64,000 nt of DNA from Spongospora subterranea f. sp. subterranea (lineage: Eukaryota): positions 62,001 through 126,000 of the forward strand of contig JAUGWO010000082.1 of NCBI GenBank assembly GCA_049724395.1. Reading direction: 5' to 3'. Below are positions 52,201 to 64,000 of the stretch, one piece after another. The notes beneath the pieces were generated by a model, which had not been told where the DNA came from, ran no database searches, and worked only from the letters and a program-made list of their open reading frames with translations. The position numbers and the translations under genes are program-made. The first letter of the stretch is position 1, and each line of letters starts with the position of its first letter.

Positions 52201-55200
52201 TCTGGCGCGAGCGAAATCTCGAACTGGTTTACGTCGATATTGAATTCCCCTGCCTTGATTTGTGACGACTGTGGAGAACTTTTGGCACGGTTTGGGCTAG
52301 TGGATAAATCGGCAAACATCCCTGGAACCTTGTTTAATGGGCTGAACTGAATCAAATCTAATATATCGGCAATCAATGCAGTCCTGACAACGCAGCGAAC
52401 GCTATCGATTTGGCACGAGCCGCTGACTTCATTATGCTTCAAAGCACATTTGATGTCAACTAACTTCGACGTCGAACCCCCAGATATGATAATCCTCATT
52501 GAATTTATCGCCAGTAGGCACCAAACAATCCTATAAAATTTGAATGATATACAGCGAAAAAAATGAAAAAAAAACCTTGACGTGGAAGGAAGACAATGAA
52601 ATCTGCGACTCAATATCTCCGTCATCGCTTCTCAATAAAGTGCCAGACAGTTCTTCAAGTGTCGCCGCAAGTAGAGTCTTTTTCCCTGCCCAAACTTGGA
52701 CCGAAAATCCATCAAAAATCCAAGCAACAGCAACGAATGAAGTTGCGGATGAGCTCCCATTTTCGGTAACCGTCGATGGAGCTTCTTGAAATACGGTCGG
52801 TTGTGGTCTGTCGACTTTCTTTGCAGTTAAATCGCGAGATGAGTGAACGGTTGATTGCTAGAGTGAAGTGTTAGCACCTTTTTGAGAACGCCGGTGAAAC
52901 TCATTACTAAAAACATTGCAGTATCAAAAATTGACACAGGTTCGATGTTGATATCGATCAGCCCAACTGAGACGTTTAGGTGTCGATCGAGTTCGGTCCA
53001 GGATGGCGATTCGCGATCGAATTGTTTGAAGCTGATATTGATGAAATCCTTACTGGGTTCGATGCTGAGTTGAGAGGTTCGGCTTGCAGGACGCGATCGC
53101 AATAAAACGACGTCAGATAAACACTCCTCGACGTGCATTTCTTGCACCGTCAGCACCACTTCAGTGTCATACGATCTTCTGGTCACTTTTGTGACAATTC
53201 CGTCGACGCCGGAAGAAAACAAAATCGTAGAACCAGATACAGCGGCGACAGATATACTGCTTAATGAAAATTTGAGAAGCAAATCAACATTGGTTTCTTT
53301 GGCACGAATTTGCAGGGCAGGAAGGTGTTCGGTTGCGATGACGGCCACGCCGGCGTTACCAGGCTGAGGAGTAGGGACCGATGCGTTTGGAGACATTTGG
53401 GAATCCGGTACATTTGAAATCTGAGGAAGATTTTTGAAGCTTGACGCGATAGTAAGAAAGTGACAAACATCGCTTTGCGATATCTGAAAAACTAATGGTT
53501 TCACGTCCATGCTAATTACGACTGAAGCAAACGGTCCTGAATCCACAAGAACACAAAGACCCAGGAATAATGACGCGCTGATGGGTTGCAGGATGTTGAC
53601 CACAGCACCTGATTGATAATTAGTTTACCGTTCAAGAAGTAATATAAATTGTGCAACCTTGAGATATTGACCTCCAACGAGGGCCACCTTGAGCAAAGAA
53701 TATCTGGAGATTTTCATATTTAAGTTTGAAGACATCGTAACACATGTTGTTGGTAGGATGCTCCACGTCTTGAACATCATCTGGGTCCAGCTTTGATACA
53801 TCGACTACAGAGTCCGTTTTATCTGCGGGTTTAGCAGATAATGAGAAGCATCCGAGATCAACAACTAGAACTGAGGAATCCTCAGAAGTCGGGTCTTCTG
53901 GAATCTAAAACCCAAACGATTTTGAGAATAATTACTCATGCTTAGGACAACAAACACTACCAGTATTGTCGGAGCAGCAATAGTCAAATCTAAGATAACA
54001 GTAGGCCGGCGAGCAAAAATTAACTCTCTGGGGGTATCCTTCGAGATTGATGCAAGTAATCCTGGACTCGCTATTTCATGAGGCTTCATAGCAACTGATG
54101 CAATCTCCTTCTTGACTGGTATTCGAAAAAAACTTATCACACGTTGTACAAAAAGATAATCGAAAACAGCATCAATCTGAACTCAAAGTCATGATCGATT
54201 TAGAAGCCAACGAAAACCTTACAGGCTCGAACCCGCCAAAAATCGCAAATTTTGCAGGAAGATCAGGCGGATTAACGCGAACCTCAAAATGTGCTACGGC
54301 AGCAGACATGTCGCCACTTTGAGAGCGAAACAAGATTTCAGGAAATGCCATCTGTACAACCACGCTCAACAGATAACTTGCTCGACAATGACGAGGCAAC
54401 CTTAGGGTCAGATATATTGCTGATGATCATGTTTTCAAGAGCGAGATGAATATCGATAATCGACAAGTCAAATGCAGTGCCCGACATTGTACAACCGATG
54501 ATAGAACCGTGAAACAAAGGCGCCTAAGAAAACGTCAGCTGCTTAAAAAGGATAGGTTTGGTGATTAACCTTATCAAGGGTGAACGTCAGCGATATTTCG
54601 GGGATCACGAAATTAGCTTCAAAGAGGATATGTCCAGACATGGCCTTCTCCTCTGACACTAATACATCTAGAGCATCTCCAAATGGTACATCTACCGGAA
54701 CGAGATCGTTCAAAACAGTAGGATCCTCAGCATACAGCCAGGAGAACATTGATTTTGAAGCCCGGCGATCGCTTTTGCGGAATATTTCGTAATTTAGCTC
54801 AGGCCATCTTGAAGCTAGCAAATGGTCTAACTCAATAAGGACCGCTTTTCTGGAGTTAAGAACGGTAAAAACTGGGAGTTGCGATTAACTGTTTGAAGCT
54901 TACCGGTAAAGTTTGATTTCTTCAGTAGTGTGCTGCCGTTCTAAAGTCATCAACCGCGATCGCTGCTCTGTAGTTAAATCTGGAAAATTATGCCCTGCCG
55001 CAAACCTAGAAACACATATCAGCAACTTGAAAGCGTCGTGACGACAAAAACTAACAGGGTCCGCTGGTATAGTTCCGCGTATTCACGATCAATTTCACGA
55101 TAGTTTGGCTCGCTCTTTGTTTCTTCAATGTTATCGGGCCCGATAAGTGAGTTCAACGTATTCGTAGAAGTGGAAAGCGCATCCTGAATTGATAAAATAG

Positions 55201-56509
55201 CAGCGTATTGCTGCTGATCCAATTCCGCTCGAATATTTTCCAGGCCGGCATCAATCTAGACAACGTTTACAATCACATAGGAGAGTCTGAAAATCCTACA
55301 AACTCTGATTTTTGGATTTGTTTCTGAGGGATATTGCTGCATGATAAGTCTCACGCTTAATGAGACCGGATGTAAAACGTATTTGAAACCTGAATCGTCC
55401 GCTTCCGTGCGCAAAACGTAGCGGAACTGAGGTTCCGAGGAAGGAGCCTGCTGATGCGTTAGCCAGAATATTAAATGCATCATAAAGCATACCTCATCTG
55501 GTTCGAGACTCTCTTTGTTCATAAAAGAAGACACCTTGCCCGAACTTACATATACAGCAATGTTTTGAAGAGACAAACACTAAAAATCAGTTTTTGAGAC
55601 GTAAACTCAGAGAAAGGGCCTTATGTTTCACCTTGAAGATTTTGTCGCCAACTTCTTTGATGAACGTCGGACAAAACTTCTCATCGGTTGTTTCCAATGA
55701 AAAATTTTCAAGCATAATCCCTACCGCGCAGTCTCCGGTTTCCATCCGAACATGTAGGTGCTTTACTTTGATTTTTAAATTCGCAACAATTTTGCTGATG
55801 ATCTGTAAAACTCGTTGTAGCAAAAGTCAACGAAATCATTATAAAATTGTACTTTCTCCATTTTCGAGAGGTCTTCCATCTTCGGTTGAAGTTCTGGCCT
55901 TTCCGGCGTTCCTGCGCTCTCAACCTGTGCGCGAAAGAGGCGCTTCCCTGCTGGTCCAACATAGCCACTTTGACTATCAAACTGGGAATCTTCCCAATCC
56001 TAACAACAGCTCAGTGTCAGAAGCGTCGAGCAATTAATAACGAATTCGGAGTACCTTTATCTGTTGTGCCTTTTGCATCAACTTGTGCGCCAGGTGTTCC
56101 TGACGCAACTGAGTGACATCGATTTTGGTGAAGTCTGTACGAGGCGTAACAATCACATAAACATGTGATAGCTCTAACTCAACAGGTTTGTTGAATCCGG
56201 ACCTCCAATCACAAACAAACCTGAAGAGTCAGAATTAAAAGGGCCTGCAATGACATCTTTTCCTTCACTAACCCAATCCTGTCGATAAACCCGGCCTTAA
56301 CGTCGACAGGTATGTCCATGGAGTTGAATAAATCGGGCTTTAGACTTTAACATGTCGCAGAACCGCTTTTCCAGACCACATATCGACATTGATATTGCCT
56401 GAACAGCAGAACTTAGCCGTTTGTGCAGATATATAAGACAGGACTAACCTTCGAAGTCGCAATATGGTCCAAGGAACCGATCTAATACAGACCGGACAAC
56501 AGTCTGCAT
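43267..56509 (-). CDS. VPS13: VPS13 family bridge-like lipid transfer protein, many exons
   Basis: Chorein-N start MQTVVRSVLDRFLGPY...DMWSGK...IPVDVKAGFI; KIVANLKIKVKHLHVRME; LDLTIAAPTI; YNTTVASWEPLIEP; VAB-type WSNPI and YYWDD; PHIGVSLID; YKILGSLSVIGNPIGLVSNLGKGFKHLFYDP; C-terminal RIRLPRYI. Confidence 0.95.
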
Positions 56510-56960
56510 TTTTGAGAGTGGAAGGGCCTATTTTTTAGATATCAAACAAACCTTCCACAAACAAATGGTTGACGACACACGATAATCAATTGAAGCCAAT
56601 TAACTAAAATCGATGAATGAAAAAGCGAGAGGTCCGGATTAAACGGCAGCAAATGGAAAGATTGCGTTAATGATAGTGCCCCGAGAGGCGGACCAATGCT
56701 CAGCAAGGTCTGTCGGTGTGCACCTGATTATTTTGGGGCGGTTGCAGCAGTCTGCTATGACACTGTAGAGGTGAACCCCACCGTAGTCAGAGGATGTTGT
56801 AACAATAATTGCACTCGAAGAGAGTGCACCAAGGGTTATGAAGCATTGGCACATTCCGGAGTAATGGGTTTACAGTTTATTAATGCCGAAGGAAAGAGTA
56901 CAAACTAAATCATCTGATCAACGCCATGTGAAAGAAGATCAGCGAATTCAGGACGATGAT

Positions 56961-57837
56961 TTAGCGTTCTTTCACAGCGTCCGTCGCTGGTGGTTTGGCG
57001 GGCGCTCCTTTTGCATATGTCGCATATACTTCCGTGACTTTGACGGCATCGGGAGACGTCTTGATAACACTCGGTCGTGAACGCACGGCCTCAGCCCAAC
57101 GATGGAATTTCATAAATCGCTGGGTTTTTGGGACCTGATAGGATGGGTCAACTATCGCAAAAAGTTCCAATTGGTGCTCCTACCTCATACTGGCGATACT
57201 TGCCCAGTATCTGCATGCGCATAACCCAAGGAGCAAGTAACAAGTCGACTGTCGAGAATTCGGCTCCAAAATAAAATGGTCCGACGTCGTCGATGCCTTG
57301 GCAAAATTTTTCAATAGCATCAGCAAAATCTGCCTGTGCTTTTGCCTGGCGCCATAGTCAACGGAAGATCGAAATGGGCGGATCTGCTAACCTGAATTTC
57401 TGGCTCCGGGTTTTTTAAAACCTTGTAAAATCCCGGAATTATTTGTTCAGAGATAATAGTCATGGCAACCCGGCCTAGCGCTCGCATTTTAGGATGTTTC
57501 GGCATGAGAGATGTGCCAGAATTCCATGTTTCATCAACATAATCAACAATAATGGCACTTTCTGCAAGGACCAACGGGGTGTCTGTCTATCACAATATAA
57601 ACAATACACATGTGCATGTTAACTCATGACGATTACTTCATTCTCCCGGTGAATAAGAACCGGGACAGTTCCTTTTGGATTTCGCTGGAGTAGCTCCGGA
57701 ATTTTTTCACTTGAATCTCCCGATACACGGTACGCCTCGACAAGTTCATACGCAACGCCCTTCTCTTCTAAAGCGATCAAGGCGCGATGGGCAAAAGGAC
57801 AAAACCAAGCCGAAAGAAGGCGAACTGGAGGAGTCAT
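56961..57837 (-). CDS. Glutathione S-transferase, omega-like (Cys active site), copy 1, four exons
   Basis: MTPPVRLLSAWFCPFAHRALIALEEKG, NPKGTVPVL, LAESAIIVDYVDE, GPFYFGAEFSTVDLLLAPW. Confidence 0.92.
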
Positions 57838-58260
57838 TGCGTTTAGAATATGGCAAATTTCCGATTGTTCGGACCCCCAGGTCGTGCTCAATGTGGTACT
57901 TGTCGTGGGGTAACGGCTCACATGACTCACAGTTGTCCACTGCAACAGTCGACCGACGTACTGAGGGTATGTTACAAAAAAATCCGAATTTACCACACCA
58001 CGAAGCGACCCAATCCCCAGCCCAGACAGCCCTGCCCCTCAACTCATCACTGGCAACGTTGTGCGAGTCATCAGTCATGACTCGTACAAGTCACCAATTT
58101 CGACCGTAGGGCTTAGCCCTACAGGCTACAGGGCCAATGGAAAGAAGGTCGACCGTACCATTTACCGTGCAACTGCCTTCAGAAGTTGGTCGAATCGCCA
58201 ATAATGACCCAACATCAGAAACTGTATTGCCCTTGGTCACGGAATTTGCTGCGCTCCAAT

Positions 58261-59224
58261 TTATTGACCATATTTTGAATTCCGGAGCAACGGCAAATGT
58301 TCAGAATCAGCAGACGCAACACGTTTCTTGGCAATCTTGGCAACCTGCGATTGGACGGTGCCTTTTTCATAACGCTGATACGCTTCTAGAAGCTGAATTT
58401 CACCGGGAATCGTCTTCTTAACACTTGCATGGGCAAGCACCGCCTGAAACCAGCGATGAAACTTCATGAACCCAGGAGTGTTCGGGACCTGATTCGGTGG
58501 TCAATCGGTATTTACCAAAATCGTATCAGAACAGAAATAAAATTATCACTCGTACCTCGTAATGTCGATATTTTTCCAAAACCTTTAATCGCATTGCCCA
58601 AGGGGCAAGCAATACATCAACAATGGAGAACATAGCACCAAGATAGAATGGCCCGACAATATCAATCCCTTCATTGAACGCGGCAATGGCATTAGTGAAC
58701 TGCATTTTTGCCTCTGCCTGCATCTCAATAATCAATCGGAAAGCGGAAAGAAGGATTCACAACCGGCGGTTGACCTGAGCATCCCTATCTTGACGCACCA
58801 GAATTTGATAAAAGGCTGGTACGATCTCGTTGTCGATGAGGTTGGCGGCTAGTCTACATCGCGCTCGCATCTTGGGCTCGTCGGGCATGAGTGATTTACC
58901 AGATTTCCACATCTCATCGATATATTGCACAATAATCGAACTTTCCCTGATGACAAATGCGGGTTTCATCTGAGAAGCGTTGACAATGAATCGCCATGAT
59001 GTGACATTATGATGGGCCATTACTGGGTCCTCTTGATGGATCAGGACCGGGACAGTTCCTTTTGGATTGAGCAGAATCAGCTCCGGGAGTTTATCGTAGG
59101 TATCGCCCGTGAGGGTCAACGACTCCACCGACTCATACTTGACGTCCTTCTCTTGCAGGGCGATTGTGGCACGCTGGGCGAATGGGCAGAACCAGGCCGT
59201 CAGCAGGCGAACTGGTTCCGGCAT
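58261..59224 (-). CDS. Glutathione S-transferase, omega-like (Cys active site), copy 2, four exons
   Basis: MPEPVRLLTAWFCPFAQRATIALQEK, NPKGTVPVL, IRESSIIVQYIDE, GPFYLGAMFSIVDVLLAPW. Confidence 0.92.
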
Positions 59225-59855
59225 TCCGATTCTTGGATTCTAAAGAAGAGCAGGACCAACCGAAGTGAATCGAGAATTTACGGCGCATTAAAATCAGTGG
59301 TGAAAATCTTATCTTGCGACCAACGATATATTATCACCCTTTGATCGTCGTGTCCGATAATTCCCCAAACTAAGACGTGACCTTCATGTGCACAAATTTC
59401 AAGAAAAACTGGGGACGTCGGAGCTGTTTTCGAGCTTTAAATAATAATAAAACCGAAGAATCTTTTTTCAAAATCAGAATGATACTTCCTTGGACAACCT
59501 GTTATTTGTTCATCAATCCGAGAATTTCAAACGAACTTGCTCGGGCGTCTCAAGGAAAAAAGTCAACGCGCGAGACATATTGGCCCATTGGTTTATTGGC
59601 GTATTGGTGGCCCTAACCGAAGGTCGAACCCGATCAAAAATATAAACTGTGACTTTACCAATTTGACCTAATATATATAACAGATTGATCAGTCGAATCT
59701 GCACTGAATACCGATAGATTATCGACCTTTGTCGCTCGTTGGATATCGTCGTTTAGTTGCGCACTTTGCCCATTCGGCCCGATTGAGAACGAGGTTCAAA
59801 CCCTGTTGACTGAGTCAGATTCTCAGGACGTTCCTTCCCCCTCTGCTATCGCCCG

Positions 59856-60725
59856 ATGTCCAGTGCTGCCATCATGATCGACGACCCGGTGGAAACGCCA
59901 ATGGCGACGGGCGATGACAATGGAAGGCGAAGATCATTGCGGCTGCCGAAGCCACCTGCTCTCGTTGCGGACTCAACCGCCGCTTCCATCGCCGAGACGC
60001 CACAGATCCAAATTGACAACCACAATGGCGCGATTACTCTCATTATACGCGGCTGGAAACTGAGCCGCTGGTACCACGAAGCGGATATGGGGACGGCGCT
60101 CGACGCTGATAGCAAAGCCGCGCGACAAAGCACCGCGAAAGGGCAATCATCTCGAGCGACGCCCTGTAATGGAGCAATGGAGGCCGCCTATAAGATCGAT
60201 CATGACCCTTATGAAGCCGCTTTACCTCTGTTGGCATTGATGAATGGGATTGGCAATGGCTGTAATGAGGTCGGGAGTCACGAAAGCGATGTGGAAATGA
60301 TTGACGACGACCAAGAAGAGGACGAAGAACGGGATGATGCGGCGCCGTTCAATGTCGTTGAAGATTGTTTCGATTACGTTTGCGTGATTATCAATGGAGC
60401 TAACTGGAATAGGCGGGGAGTCAATCTGGACGTTGTTGGCGATCTGATCAATGAGATGGACGACGACACTGACGAACCGAACAAGGTCGAGTTTTGGGTT
60501 ATTCCTAGAGAAATTCTTTCACAAAAGGACCTAAACCAGCTCGACGATATCAACAAGTATGACCTAGAACGTAGCGGATCCTCTTTATCTGATCGTATGA
60601 GATTCATCAAGACGCTTTTCAAGCGATATCAATTCAAAAGGGTGAGGAATCTGTACCAAGCCCGTCGTAAAGGTCATCTTACCATTGCTCGCTACATATC
60701 TCTCATCTATTTCGTCCGTCTTTGA
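59856..60725 (+). CDS. Hypothetical protein, 289 aa, single exon
   Basis: Uninterrupted ATG-to-TGA ORF with protein-like composition and an AT-rich 3' flank. No family recognised. Confidence 0.75.
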   Translation: MSSAAIMIDDPVETPMATGDDNGRRRSLRLPKPPALVADSTAASIAETPQIQIDNHNGAITLIIRGWKLSRWYHEADMGTALDADSKAARQSTAKGQSSRATPCNGAMEAAYKIDHDPYEAALPLLALMNGIGNGCNEVGSHESDVEMIDDDQEEDEERDDAAPFNVVEDCFDYVCVIINGANWNRRGVNLDVVGDLINEMDDDTDEPNKVEFWVIPREILSQKDLNQLDDINKYDLERSGSSLSDRMRFIKTLFKRYQFKRVRNLYQARRKGHLTIARYISLIYFVRL

Positions 60726-60971
60726 TTCGCCGTCTATTCTCCCTCAGTTATTTCGATGGACGTATTAACAATGTGGTGTTCTTCACATTTAAAAATTAAT
60801 TCCCAAACGATTATCTATTAAATTTTTCCGTTTTTCCACCTATCGTTCACTTCATCGTATGTTATTGAATTACTGCTCCATAATTTGCGGGTTAAGAAAC
60901 GGGGTATTGGGCTCTTTTCTATTCCGGCAACAATCGTCAGACTAAAACCAGCGTCAAGGCGGTTGGTAAAC

Positions 60972-63437
<2,466 letters not shown>

Positions 63438-64000
63438 TTAAGGAGGGAGTGGAGACGATATATACCTCTGTATCGGTGACTTGGTATTGCACGATACCGA
63501 CTTGGGAACCGGTTTGATCTGGCCAAAAGTGTAGCTAAGGCCTCGCGCATTCACATCCGCCTCATATTGGGGCTGTTCCACTGTTGTATCAGTGTTTGGA
63601 CTACAGGACGATACACCTTTGCCGGTTAGTGCGGGCTACCCGATCGCTCCGAGAACCCTCAGTCACCGTACTACGCAGTGCGATTTTTTTAAGGAACCGC
63701 CTCATTCATGGCTGTACTTGCAGGTTAGGAAACGCACGGCTACACGCGAATTTCCCTGATCTATCGTGAACTGTTCTAAAACGACCACTTATGATTTTGT
63801 AATGCATATTTATCTCGAATCGAAACAACCCACAATCTAGCGCTGAATGTCATGATTGATTTTGTTGCATCTGAAATCAAGCCCGTAGTGATTTCCCATG
63901 AGCATGTTCGGTCAAAAATCCCACCCTTGAAAGGCACGCCTCGACAAAACGGGGTGCAACCCACGCACCGGACTTGTGCCAGTGGTGAAACCGTATTGAC

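Overview
Gene-dense eukaryotic nuclear DNA with many short (about 45-65 nt) GT-AG introns and the standard genetic code. Intron style and a ciliary gene suggest a flagellated protist, possibly a plasmodiophorid (inference only). In order: ELP1 (5'-truncated), STI1/HOP, a divergent BROMI/TBC1D32 homologue, UFL1, MOT1/BTAF1, an NF-YB-like histone-fold gene, an MscS-like channel, a decayed region with a ~400-nt fold-back, mitochondrial Hsp70 behind a repeated HSE/CCAAT module, three identical tRNA-Cys(GCA) genes, a decayed Ty1/copia element whose LTR fragments abut a tRNA gene, a USP37-like deubiquitinase with an inserted GRF zinc finger, a ~2 kb array of a quasi-palindromic 49-bp unit, RBX1, a 13-kb VPS13, two tandem omega-like Cys-GSTs, an intronless orphan ORF, and an RA-PH-RGS signalling protein. 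Several conserved genes carry 1-2 nt insertions that look like consensus errors. All family calls come from motif recognition by eye; no database searches were run. No clearly new multi-gene system was found; the best leads are unusual domain architectures, tRNA-adjacent copia LTRs and the structured satellite.
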